32,000 bases of DNA from Desulfocapsa sulfexigens DSM 10523 (GCF_000341395.1 NC_020304.1:2280001-2312000), one strand, 5' to 3'; positions 1 through 8,602 are shown, counted from the stretch's first letter. Numbers and translations: made by a program. The notes: generated by a model from the letters alone, not told the origin.

Positions 1-164
1 GCTGTGGTCTGGCATTTTCTTCTTGCAAGTCAGCGGATGGTGTCTATAGTGTAGTCGATTTGGCTTTAAGAAGAACAAACAAGTCTTATATTTCCGGTAC
101 GGTTCGCGCAACAATTTTACCTTAAAATGTAATGCTTTAAAACATACTGATTTAGAGGAATGTC

Positions 165-812
165 ATGTCAGAAGAGAATGCTATTGAGAATTTGACTGAA
201 GATCTACCAACAGTCATCGCAGAGTTGGAAAAAAAATGTAAACAGAATCCAGACAATGTTGTTACTTTGCATCACCTTGGGCTTGTTTATTTGAAATCCG
301 GGAGGATCGACGAGGCTATAGAGTGTCTTGAAAAGTGTCTTGTGATTGATGAACAGGCTAATCAGCCTATGATTAATCTGGGAGCTATTTATTTCGGTCA
401 GGGAAATCTGGATAAGGCTCAGGAGCTAAATGAAATGGCAATCAAGGTTCAGCCTGACACTTCAGCACAGGCCCACGCAAATCTTGGATTGATCTGGCAA
501 CAGCGCAATGAGCTTGATAAGTCAATTGCCTCCTACGAGAAGGCCATTCAGTACGATCCCAAACTTGCAACCGTGTGGATGAATCTTACATCCGTGCTCA
601 CCATGAAAGGTGAAGACGATCGTGCGTTAAAGGCAGCCACTAAGGCAACCCAACTTGAGCCCGATTCAGCTCTTGCGCAGAATAATCTTGCTGTCGCTCT
701 CTTTTTCAGTGGTGATTATCCCAAAGCAAAGGTCCACATGGAAAAAGCCATAGAATTAGGGTATTCCGTTGATCCCAATTTTATTGCAGGCTTGGAAGAG
801 AAGTTAGCATAG
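165..812 (+). CDS. Tetratricopeptide (TPR) repeat protein, 215 aa, function unknown
   Basis: Intact ORF with an ATG start. About 5-6 successive 34-residue TPR-like units are visible (e.g. LGLVYLKSGRIDEAIECLEKCL, LGAIYFGQGNLDKAQELNEMAI, LGLIWQQRNELDKSIASYEKAI, LAVALFFSGDYPKAKVHMEKAI). The stop lies 4 nt before the next start. Confidence 0.8.
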   Translation: MSEENAIENLTEDLPTVIAELEKKCKQNPDNVVTLHHLGLVYLKSGRIDEAIECLEKCLVIDEQANQPMINLGAIYFGQGNLDKAQELNEMAIKVQPDTSAQAHANLGLIWQQRNELDKSIASYEKAIQYDPKLATVWMNLTSVLTMKGEDDRALKAATKATQLEPDSALAQNNLAVALFFSGDYPKAKVHMEKAIELGYSVDPNFIAGLEEKLA

Positions 813-816
813 TATT

Positions 817-1965
817 ATGAAGAAACAAAAACTTACCACCGCCCCCTGGTGTCCGTTTTGTGGCCAGAAAGTTGGTCGGGCAACCGATGCCATTGAGCGG
901 AAGATGCAGGAATTCCAGGTTGGTCGCTGTCAGTGTGGTGCTGTGTATACCTGTGACCCCACTGGTCACAATGTGGGCTCGGCAATGGTGGAGGCTCTTG
1001 TTTTTGCCTGCAATGATAACTGGGATTTCGCATGGGATCTGATGCCCGAGGATGATTATCTGACTGGGCGGGTAGAGGATTATGATGAGACCACCCATCA
1101 GGTAGTTAATACTCGAAACATTGATGGTCGTCCTGTTCGTGGCGTTCTTTATTTTGTCCGTCTCCATACTGAGATTGCTGAGATTGCCAAGCGGGTGAAA
1201 GAGAAGAAAGAGGCCTTGGCGCGAGAGACCATTACTCCGATACTGTCCGATGCTGTTGAAGCAATCCCGACTCCAGAACCACAGCTTGATCCGAAAAGAG
1301 TAAAACTCAAGTCTACGAAGAAAGGGGTTAAAGAGGCGAGAGACAGAGGAGATATCGATACTCTGGTCATGCTCTGTTTTGATAACAGGAAGACTCTTCG
1401 TCTTCTGCAGCGTCTTTTGTACGATGTCGACGAGGCCCGGCGTTGGGAAACGGCCTGGGTTATTGGTCAGGTCTGTTCCCGTGTTGCTACAAAAATGCCA
1501 GGCCAGGTGTCTGAGCTCGTTCACCGTCTCTTTGAAGCCTGTTCCGATTCGGCGGCGGCCCCCTGGGGAATGATTGAGGCTCTGGGCGAAGTTATTTCTG
1601 GCCGGCCAGATGTTTTTGGTGCTTTTACAAGGCATCTGCTGAACTATATGGGTGATGATTCCACTCAGGTTCAGGTCGTGTGGGCGCTTTCGAAAATTGC
1701 CGCTAAAAGGCCTGATCTTATTCGTGAGACGCCTTTTTTCAACCTGTTTCATTTTTTACAACATCCCAACCCTCAAATGCGCGGGCTTGTAGTGCAACTG
1801 CTGGGTCGGATAAGGGCAAAAGAAGTAAGCCTGCAGCTTATGGAGCTCAGTGATGATCAGGAAAAACTTGTTATATGGGAAAATAGAAAACCAGTAGAAT
1901 ATACAATTGCTGAACTGGTAACTGTTGCATTGAAACAGATCAGTGAAGGAGATATTAAAAAATGA
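817..1965 (+). CDS. Uncharacterised protein, 382 aa: N-terminal 4-Cys zinc-ribbon-like motif, charged linker, C-terminal HEAT/ARM-like helical repeats
   Basis: Intact ORF. CPFC (residues 12-15) and CQC (38-40) give a CxxC...CxC arrangement. A Lys/Glu-rich linker follows (KRVKEKKEALARE...KSTKKGVKEARDRGD). The C-terminal half has repeated amphipathic helices (e.g. RRWETAWVIGQV, PWGMIEALGEVI, VQVVWALSKIAAKRP, MRGLVVQLLGRIRAKE). The stop overlaps the next start as ATGA. The fold assignment is by eye only. Confidence 0.7.
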   Translation: MKKQKLTTAPWCPFCGQKVGRATDAIERKMQEFQVGRCQCGAVYTCDPTGHNVGSAMVEALVFACNDNWDFAWDLMPEDDYLTGRVEDYDETTHQVVNTRNIDGRPVRGVLYFVRLHTEIAEIAKRVKEKKEALARETITPILSDAVEAIPTPEPQLDPKRVKLKSTKKGVKEARDRGDIDTLVMLCFDNRKTLRLLQRLLYDVDEARRWETAWVIGQVCSRVATKMPGQVSELVHRLFEACSDSAAAPWGMIEALGEVISGRPDVFGAFTRHLLNYMGDDSTQVQVVWALSKIAAKRPDLIRETPFFNLFHFLQHPNPQMRGLVVQLLGRIRAKEVSLQLMELSDDQEKLVIWENRKPVEYTIAELVTVALKQISEGDIKK

Positions 1966-2564
1966 TTAGTAACATACAGTCCATGGCTGACATAAAGAAG
2001 GCTGGCCAGAAAGAAGAAAAAAAACGCTCATCAGATCCCATTCAGGCTGAGTATGATGATGGTATAGCATTTTTGAAAGAGAAGGATTTAGCCCAGGCAG
2101 CCGTTGCATTTCACAATGCTTTGCGTGGCTACGAGGAGAAAAAACATCAGGATGGAATCGCCAATGCCTCTAACCAGCTTGGCAATGTTTGTCTTGAAAA
2201 GGGCGAATTTGAAAAGGCCAAAGAACATTATCAACGTGCCTGGGATATCTGTGACCGTTTTGAAGACCCCATGAGCCTTCTGGCCCTGTCCATGCAACTG
2301 GTCACTGTCCATCGTGGTTTAAATGATAATACTGCAGCGCTGAATATCTGTTTTGATATGCTGGATACTCATAGTCTTAATAACAATCCTCAGGGAACCG
2401 TAGCCACTATGGAAACCATCGCGGATATTTATATGGCCATGGGTGACAAGGCTAAAGTTGCTGACACCTATCGTACGATTGCTTCCATCCATGCCAACTA
2501 TAAGCATAAGAATATTGCTGAGAAATTTCTCACTCGAGCAAAAGAGCTGGAAGCCGAAGCGTAA
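1962..2564 (+). CDS. TPR-like repeat protein, 200 aa, function unknown
   Basis: Intact ORF with a 4-nt ATGA overlap to the upstream gene. TPR-like helix pairs are visible (AQAAVAFHNALRGYEE, SNQLGNVCLEKGEFEKAKEHYQRAWDI, IADIYMAMGDKAKVADTYRTIASI). Confidence 0.72.
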   Translation: MISNIQSMADIKKAGQKEEKKRSSDPIQAEYDDGIAFLKEKDLAQAAVAFHNALRGYEEKKHQDGIANASNQLGNVCLEKGEFEKAKEHYQRAWDICDRFEDPMSLLALSMQLVTVHRGLNDNTAALNICFDMLDTHSLNNNPQGTVATMETIADIYMAMGDKAKVADTYRTIASIHANYKHKNIAEKFLTRAKELEAEA

Positions 2565-2587
2565 GCCCCAGTAAAATATAGAGAGTA

Positions 2588-3250
2588 ATGTTTACAGGAA
2601 TAATAGAGGGCACCGGGAAGTTATTGGCCAAGCGTAATGTTGGTGGAGGGATGGCGTTTGATCTCCAGGCAGGTTTTGATCTCACAGATCCGGAAGAGGG
2701 AGAATCTATTGCGGTAAACGGTGTCTGTCTGACAGCTTATAATATTAAAGGACGGAAATTTACCGTTGATATCTCGCCCGAAAGCCTTTCACGCACCATC
2801 CTTGGTCGTATTGGTGTGGGAGGAGCGGTGAATATGGAACGGGCTCTTCAGCTGACTGATCGTCTTGGAGGGCATATCGTCTCGGGTCATGTCGACTGTG
2901 TGGCAACTGTTCGTGAAAGGCAGCCCAGTGGTGACTTTACCCTGTTCTCTTTTGGCTTCCCCAAAGAATTTGGCCGTTACGTTATTGAGAAGGGGTCGAT
3001 AACTATTAATGGGGTGAGTCTTACTGTAAATAGTTGTACAATGGAAACCTTTGAGGTTTCCATTATCCCTCATACACTCCAGGTGACGACTCTTGGAGTG
3101 CTCAAGCGGGGAGATGAGGTGAATATCGAAGTGGATATCATAGGTAAGTATGTTGAAAAGATGCTTCTTCCGAGAGAGTCAGGAGGTACAGTTCCTGGAT
3201 CAGGAACCACCATTAATCCGGCGTTTCTTGCAGAAAATGGATTTTTTTGA
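2588..3250 (+). CDS. ribE: Riboflavin synthase (alpha chain)
   Basis: Characteristic N-terminus MFTGIIEGTGK. The internal duplication typical of riboflavin synthase is present (GESIAVNGVCLT / GSITINGVSLTV; GDEVNIEVD). It sits at the head of ribBA-ribH. The symbol follows Bacillus usage (ribC in E. coli). Confidence 0.93.
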   Translation: MFTGIIEGTGKLLAKRNVGGGMAFDLQAGFDLTDPEEGESIAVNGVCLTAYNIKGRKFTVDISPESLSRTILGRIGVGGAVNMERALQLTDRLGGHIVSGHVDCVATVRERQPSGDFTLFSFGFPKEFGRYVIEKGSITINGVSLTVNSCTMETFEVSIIPHTLQVTTLGVLKRGDEVNIEVDIIGKYVEKMLLPRESGGTVPGSGTTINPAFLAENGFF

Positions 3251-3327
3251 TGCCCTTAATCCATTCTTTGCGGGGATAAGGTATTCTCCGCGAATATACG
3301 AAAAAATAATTAAATAGGTTGATTGTT

Positions 3328-4539
3328 ATGGCAGTGAGTTCAATTGATGAAGTTCTTGAAGATATTAAAGCCGGTAAGATGGTTATCCTGGTTGACGATG
3401 AAGACCGAGAAAATGAGGGTGATCTCTATATGGCAGCGTCCGCAATCACACCCGAGGCGGTCAATTTTATGGCTACCCACGGCAGGGGGTTGATTTGTCT
3501 GACCCTGAGTCCTGAGTTGATCGACAAGCTGGAACTGCCTATGATGGTTTCTGAGAACAAATCGCCCTACGGCACTGGTTTTACCGTCAGTATTGAAGCT
3601 ACAACCGGTGTGACAACAGGGATCTCTGCCGCAGATAGGGCACGTACCATTGAAGCTGCCGTGGCACCTGATGCTAAACCGACAGATATTATCAGCCCTG
3701 GTCACATCTTTCCCCTTCGTGCCCGTGAGGGTGGAGTCCTTGTTCGCCTTGGTCAGACTGAAGGGTCTGTCGATCTCTCCCGCCTTGCAGGGCTCACTGC
3801 AGCTGGTGTGATTTGTGAGATAATGAAAGCAGACGGAACCATGGCCCGGATGCCCGATCTTGAAATATTTGCAGCAGAACATGATTTGAAAATATGCACC
3901 ATTGCCGATCTCGTTGCCTATCGTCTGCGTGAAGATGTTCTTGTGCATCGCGCGGCTGAGGCACGAATACCAACGGAACATGCAGGCGAGTTCACAGCTG
4001 TTGTGTATAAAAATGATGTTGACAGCTTTGAGCATCTTGCGCTTGTCAAAGGCCAGATAGACCCGGAGAAAAAGGTGCTTGTTAGGGTTCACTCCGAATG
4101 TTTGACAGGAGATGTGTTTGGGTCGGCCCGCTGTGACTGTGGAGACCAGCTCCATGCTGCCATGCGAATGATCGACCAGGAGGGAACTGGTGTTGTCCTC
4201 TATATGCGTCAGGAAGGACGCGGCATAGGTCTGGTCAATAAGTTGAAAGCATATAATCTGCAGGATGAAGGCCTGGATACCGTTGAGGCCAATCATAAAC
4301 TCGGTTTTAAGGCGGATCTTCGTGACTATGGAATCGGTGCTCAGATTCTTCGTGATCTTGGGGTTCGGAAAATGAGTCTGCTCACCAACAACCCCAAGAA
4401 AATCATTGGTCTTGAGGGCTATGGAATAGAAGTCGTCGATCGCTTCCCCATTGAGATGGCGGCAAGTGAAGAAAACAAAGGATATCTCCAGTGCAAGCGT
4501 GATCGAATGGGCCATCTTATTGAAGTGGATGAAGATTGA
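3328..4539 (+). CDS. ribBA: Bifunctional 3,4-dihydroxy-2-butanone-4-phosphate synthase / GTP cyclohydrolase II
   Basis: N-terminal half carries DHBP synthase motifs (DDEDRENEGDL, RGLICL, GHIFPL). C-terminal half carries GTP cyclohydrolase II motifs (VRVHSECLTGDVFGSARCDCGDQL, RQEGRGIGL, LLTNNPKK). I placed the start at ATG 3328 (MAVSS...) rather than the track's TTG at 3319. Confidence 0.95.
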   Translation: MAVSSIDEVLEDIKAGKMVILVDDEDRENEGDLYMAASAITPEAVNFMATHGRGLICLTLSPELIDKLELPMMVSENKSPYGTGFTVSIEATTGVTTGISAADRARTIEAAVAPDAKPTDIISPGHIFPLRAREGGVLVRLGQTEGSVDLSRLAGLTAAGVICEIMKADGTMARMPDLEIFAAEHDLKICTIADLVAYRLREDVLVHRAAEARIPTEHAGEFTAVVYKNDVDSFEHLALVKGQIDPEKKVLVRVHSECLTGDVFGSARCDCGDQLHAAMRMIDQEGTGVVLYMRQEGRGIGLVNKLKAYNLQDEGLDTVEANHKLGFKADLRDYGIGAQILRDLGVRKMSLLTNNPKKIIGLEGYGIEVVDRFPIEMAASEENKGYLQCKRDRMGHLIEVDED

Positions 4540-4584
4540 GCGAGAAAGAAATTAATACAGGAAAGAAATAAGGACTCGGAAAAT

Positions 4585-5052
4585 ATGGCAAATTACATTG
4601 AAGGCAATTTAAAGGCGGACGGAAAGAAATTCGGGATTATTGTTGCCCGGTTTAATTCATTTATTTGTGAAAAGCTTCTTGAAGGTGCGCTGGACAGCCT
4701 GCTCCGGTCCGGAGCTTCTGACGGTGATATCGATGTTGTGAGGGTTCCAGGTGCATTTGAGATCCCCCTTATTGCCAAGAAAATGGCTAACTCCCAGAAG
4801 TACGATGCCATAATTTGTCTTGGAGTTGTTATTCGTGGTGCAACACCACATTTTGACGTTGTTGTGAATGAAGTCTCGAAAGGATCCGCCCAGGTTGGAC
4901 TTGAAACCGAGGTTCCGGTTATTTTTGGTGTGTTGACTACCGAGACCATCGAACAGGCTATTGAACGTTCAGGTACGAAGGCTGGTAATAAAGGTTCTGA
5001 GGTTGCTGTTGCCGCCATTGAAATGGCAGACCTGATATCTAAGTTTCAATAA
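4585..5052 (+). CDS. ribH: 6,7-dimethyl-8-ribityllumazine synthase
   Basis: 155 aa. Typical motifs: [46 protein letters not shown]. Conserved ribBA-ribH-nusB order. Confidence 0.95.
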   Translation: MANYIEGNLKADGKKFGIIVARFNSFICEKLLEGALDSLLRSGASDGDIDVVRVPGAFEIPLIAKKMANSQKYDAIICLGVVIRGATPHFDVVVNEVSKGSAQVGLETEVPVIFGVLTTETIEQAIERSGTKAGNKGSEVAVAAIEMADLISKFQ

Positions 5053-5174
5053 GAAGTTGTGGCTGTGTTGTTCGTACTCCTGCTACCTGTTTGATAAACG
5101 GGTAGTGGGGTATTCCCCTCCTTCCATGAATTGTTTTTTTTGTTTTTAACTATACATTCTTTTGTAAATTTGCC

Positions 5175-5600
5175 ATGGGCATACGTCGAAAATCACGTGA
5201 AGCTGTGTTGCAGTTTCTCTTCCAGGATGATTTTAAGGGATTTGAAGCTGGATTTGATCAGGATCTGGCAAATCGTTTCGTCGATTTCTGTTCCCTGTAC
5301 GATGTGCAGAAAAAAGCACGTCCCTATGCCCTCGAACTTCTCGAAGGTGTCTATGTCAGGCGTGCAGACGTTGATTCTGTGATAAAAAAACATGCAAGTA
5401 ACTGGCGGCTGGAACGTATTGATTTGACGGACAGAAATGTTTTACGGATTGCAGTGTATGAAATGATATATTGTGATGATGTTCCACCAGAAGTTGCCAT
5501 CAACGAGGCTGTTGAAATAGCCAAGCGCTTTGGTACAGGGGATTCTCCGTCTTTTGTCAATGGTGTACTTGATGCTGTGAAGACAGGGATCGCCAAGTAG
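5175..5600 (+). CDS. nusB: Transcription antitermination factor NusB
   Basis: 141 aa starting RRKSREAVLQFLFQ, with C-terminal INEAVEIAKRFG...FVNGVLD. Universally conserved position downstream of ribH. No obvious Shine-Dalgarno sequence. Confidence 0.9.
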   Translation: MGIRRKSREAVLQFLFQDDFKGFEAGFDQDLANRFVDFCSLYDVQKKARPYALELLEGVYVRRADVDSVIKKHASNWRLERIDLTDRNVLRIAVYEMIYCDDVPPEVAINEAVEIAKRFGTGDSPSFVNGVLDAVKTGIAK

Positions 5601-5680
5601 TATTCTCTCTTTAATTAGTATTCAAACCGCTGTAGTTAGGCTCCTTCCCGCATAACTTGTCGTCTTGCAATTTTGAGCAA

Positions 5681-5698
5681 ATCGATTACATCGATTAC
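5681..5698. repeat. Tandem direct repeat, 2 x ATCGATTAC (each unit contains the palindrome ATCGAT)
   Basis: Read directly: aaATCGATTACATCGATTACtg, in the nusB-ftsK spacer about 55 nt upstream of the ftsK start. Function unknown. Confidence 0.9.
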
Positions 5699-5753
5699 TG
5701 CTTATATTATCTTTTTCTCTCCTTTTTAATTTTTAAATATATAGTTATTTACC

Positions 5754-7937
5754 ATGACACAAGTCAGCAAGAAAACACGGCCCAGCTTGAAACAGGAGGC
5801 CACCGCAGTTCTAGGGGTATTCCTGTCTCTGTTTCTTTTTCTCAGCCTTGCCTCTCCATATTTTGCAGGTGATGGTAATTGGGGGGGAGAGATAGGAATG
5901 TTGATTGCTCAGATTCTTACCGGTGTTACAGGGTGGGGGGCATATCTTCTTGCTGCTCTTCTGCTTATTCTCTCTTTTTTGTTTTTCAGTCCCAGGGTGG
6001 CTTTTGAACGTCTACCACAAATCACTGCAGGCCTGACCGGATCGGTACTTTCCGCCTGTGCGTTGTTTTCAGCCTTTTCTCTCAAAGGATGGGCATCAAT
6101 TGATGCAGGCGGAGTCATTGGAAAAACCATATTCACTGTTATGCAGTCACTCGTGGGTGGTCCCGGAACAGTTCTTTTTCTTTTGCTTATTTTTCTGATG
6201 TCCTTCATGCTGTCGACTCAGTTTTCCCCCTATCAGCTTACTCTTTTTCTATGGCGTGTGACCAAAAAAGCAGGCTGTGGTCTCAGGAATATCCTCGTTT
6301 TTGGTAACGAGAGAAGAGTTATGCGAAAAGAGGCGAAGAGAAGTGCAAAGACTGTTACTGCTGTTGAGAATGGTCCAAGAGTGAGAATCCCTTCTGGTCG
6401 TGTAGGAAGAGAAACTCCTGATGCAGTAGGGCCAAGCCTTGGAATGCCAGTGGTGAAGGAGATTGCTAAAACGTCTGAAGTCTCAGATGATGATGACTTC
6501 GCCGCACGCCTCGTGGCTCGAGGTGACTGGAAACTGCCTCCCATAAGTCTTCTTGAAAAAAATAGCAGCCAGGGAGGCGTGGTTGATAAGGAAGTTTACT
6601 ACCAGGTGTCTAAGAAGCTTGAGCAGAAATTAAAAAATTTCGGGGTTTCCGGTAAAGTTGTGGGGATATCCCCAGGCCCTGTGGTGACAACCTATGAATA
6701 CTCCCCTGCGGCAGGAGTGAAAATAAATAAAATAGCGGGGCTTGCTGATGATCTTGCACTTGGGCTCAAGGCTCAATCTGTACGTGTTGTCGGTTCGGTT
6801 CCTGGTAAAGCTGCACTTGGCATTGAAATACCGAATCCGAATCGTTCAGTTGTTTATATTCGAGACCTGCTCGCCTCGGAGGAATATCGAAAAGTCGAGG
6901 ATAAACTTGCTATTGTGCTTGGGCTTGATGTGGTTGGGGCACCTTCAATTGTCAATCTTGCTAAAATGCCGCATCTCTTGATTGCCGGTTCAACCGGCTC
7001 AGGAAAGAGTGTTGCTATTAATACCATTATTGCTTCGATTCTTTACAATGCGACTCCTGAAGAGGTGCGCCTGCTGATGGTGGATCCAAAACGTATTGAG
7101 TTGTCAGGTTATGAAGGGATCCCCCATCTTCTCCATCCTGTGGTGGTAGAACCGAAACTTGCATCTCGTGCCCTCATGTGGGCTGTACGAGAGATGGAGA
7201 GGCGCTATAAATTACTCGAAGTTGCCAGGGTGAAAAGCTTTGATTCGTATAATGAAAGTGCCGAAGAAAAACTCCCGTATATTGTAATTATTGTGGACGA
7301 GCTGGCTGATCTGATGATGGTTGCTTCTAAGGATGTTGAGTCTTCCATTGCAAGGCTTGCTCAAATGGCACGGGCCGCAGGAATGCACCTTATTTTGGCA
7401 ACCCAGCGACCGTCGGTTGATGTTCTCACCGGCCTTATTAAAGCCAATTTTCCAACTAGAATTTCCTTTAAAGTTTCTTCAAAGATAGACTCCCGTACCA
7501 TTCTCGACACTTCGGGTGCTGAACACCTTCTCGGTGCCGGGGACATGCTTTATCTTGCAAATGGCTCGTCCGGGTTGCAGCGGGTTCATGGTGCCTACAT
7601 ATCAGAGGCAGAAACTGAAGCCATTATCACATTCTTAAAAGAACAGGGGAATGCCAGTTATGATGAATCGGTAACCTCTGCAGTAGAAGACGAGGGAAAT
7701 GATGGAGAGGCAGCAGGAGATGAAGAGTATGATGAGCGCTATGACGAGGCTGTGAATCTGGTCTGTGAGTCTGGGCAGGCATCAATTTCCATGGTGCAAA
7801 GGAGACTGCGTGTAGGGTATAATCGAGCAGCCAGAATGATCGAAATGATGGAGAAAGAAGGGGTCGTTGGGCCAGCAGATGGAGCGAAACCACGAGAGGT
7901 TTTTGCCCGCAAGGATTACACCTCTGAGCTCATCTGA
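5754..7937 (+). CDS. ftsK: DNA translocase FtsK
   Basis: 727 aa. N-terminal hydrophobic segments (about 4 TM helices) and an acidic/basic linker. Motor domain with Walker A GSTGSGKS and Walker B YIVIIVDELADL, plus ATQRPSVDV. C-terminal gamma winged-helix (SISMVQRRLRVGYNRAARMIEMMEKEGVVGP). Confidence 0.93.
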   Translation: MTQVSKKTRPSLKQEATAVLGVFLSLFLFLSLASPYFAGDGNWGGEIGMLIAQILTGVTGWGAYLLAALLLILSFLFFSPRVAFERLPQITAGLTGSVLSACALFSAFSLKGWASIDAGGVIGKTIFTVMQSLVGGPGTVLFLLLIFLMSFMLSTQFSPYQLTLFLWRVTKKAGCGLRNILVFGNERRVMRKEAKRSAKTVTAVENGPRVRIPSGRVGRETPDAVGPSLGMPVVKEIAKTSEVSDDDDFAARLVARGDWKLPPISLLEKNSSQGGVVDKEVYYQVSKKLEQKLKNFGVSGKVVGISPGPVVTTYEYSPAAGVKINKIAGLADDLALGLKAQSVRVVGSVPGKAALGIEIPNPNRSVVYIRDLLASEEYRKVEDKLAIVLGLDVVGAPSIVNLAKMPHLLIAGSTGSGKSVAINTIIASILYNATPEEVRLLMVDPKRIELSGYEGIPHLLHPVVVEPKLASRALMWAVREMERRYKLLEVARVKSFDSYNESAEEKLPYIVIIVDELADLMMVASKDVESSIARLAQMARAAGMHLILATQRPSVDVLTGLIKANFPTRISFKVSSKIDSRTILDTSGAEHLLGAGDMLYLANGSSGLQRVHGAYISEAETEAIITFLKEQGNASYDESVTSAVEDEGNDGEAAGDEEYDERYDEAVNLVCESGQASISMVQRRLRVGYNRAARMIEMMEKEGVVGPADGAKPREVFARKDYTSELI

Positions 7938-7953
7938 TAGCGAATGAATTTTC

Positions 7954-7982
7954 TTGACAATTATTTGGCAACCATATATAAA
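7954..7982 (+). promoter_or_regulatory. Putative sigma70-type promoter of aprBA (-35 TTGACA, 17-nt spacer, -10 TATAAA)
   Basis: TTGACA at 7954-7959, a 17-nt spacer, then TATAAA at 7977-7982. This starts 17 nt after the ftsK stop and about 200 nt upstream of aprB. Sequence match only. Confidence 0.5.
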
Positions 7983-8185
7983 TTCAAACTGGTTAAAAAT
8001 GAGTGATGGTTCATTTAGTGGGATGTTCGTGCTAGGTGTAGTTAACTTGTTGGTACCAAAACTTTTTTGTGTTGGTGGAGCATTATTGAAAAGCCAGACT
8101 TTTTTTGATGTTCTTTTTTTTAGTGGTATAGTTGGCCCGGTCGGTTCCGGGTCGCAAAAAGTAAATTAACTGAGGAGGTAGTTTA

Positions 8186-8602
8186 ATGCCAAGTTATGTA
8201 GATCCTTCCAAGTGCGATGGTTGCAAGGGTGGAGACAAGACTGCATGTATGTACATCTGTCCCAACGACCTGATGGTACTTAACAAAGAGGAAATGCGTG
8301 CCTACAATCAAGAGCCAGATGCGTGCTGGGAATGTTACTCTTGTGTTAAAATTTGTCCGCAGGGCGCAATCTTTGTTCGTGGATACGATGACTTCGTACC
8401 CATGGGCGGACAGGTTCATCCTATGCGTAGTGCTGATTCCATCATGTGGACCGTTAAGTTCCGTAATGGTAACATGAAACGTTTCAAATTCCCTGTTCGT
8501 ACTACTGCTGAGGGTGCTGCTAACGCATATCCCGGTGAGAAGGGTGCTAACCTGGATGACGAGTGCCTTCTCCTCGAGTCCAGTCTGCCGACCCCTAAAT
8601 AA
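8186..8602 (+). CDS. aprB: Adenylylsulfate (APS) reductase, beta subunit (2 x [4Fe-4S])
   Basis: MPSYVDPSKCDGCKG...TACMYICPNDLM plus CWECYSCVKICPQGAI (two ferredoxin-type cluster motifs, with the Trp in CWEC), and IMWTVKFRNG. Strong SD GAGGAGG upstream. Immediately precedes aprA. Confidence 0.95.
   Translation: MPSYVDPSKCDGCKGGDKTACMYICPNDLMVLNKEEMRAYNQEPDACWECYSCVKICPQGAIFVRGYDDFVPMGGQVHPMRSADSIMWTVKFRNGNMKRFKFPVRTTAEGAANAYPGEKGANLDDECLLLESSLPTPK

Noticed and set aside
1-164. Checked the window's 5' end for an FMN riboswitch, a promoter or the end of an upstream gene.
   Set aside because: I could not recognise any RFN core, tRNA or convincing promoter. It is too short and truncated to interpret.
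3340-4515. 391-aa ORF on the minus strand, antisense to ribBA. Similar long antisense ORFs occur at 781-1752, 8685-9938, 4593-5018, 10146-10721, 11266-11742, 13300-13812, 16535-17611, 19756-20182, 21277-21685 and 24418-24834.
   Set aside because: Each lies entirely inside a confidently identified + strand gene. The translations are low-complexity and unlike any family I recognise, and they are expected shadow ORFs of codon-biased genes. Not coding.
5131-5382. 83-aa + strand ORF overlapping the nusB start in another frame, and the 71-aa ORF at 5657-5872 overlapping the ftsK start.
   Set aside because: They have alternative-codon starts, no SD and odd composition, and they overlap confidently assigned genes.
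7954-8169. 71-aa + strand ORF filling the ftsK-aprB spacer, with an internal ATG at 7999 giving a 56-aa hydrophobic peptide.
   Set aside because: The track start is the TTG of the putative -35 hexamer. Neither start has a Shine-Dalgarno sequence, and the composition is T-rich leader-like. I treated it as 5' UTR and mentioned it only as something Ribo-seq could test.
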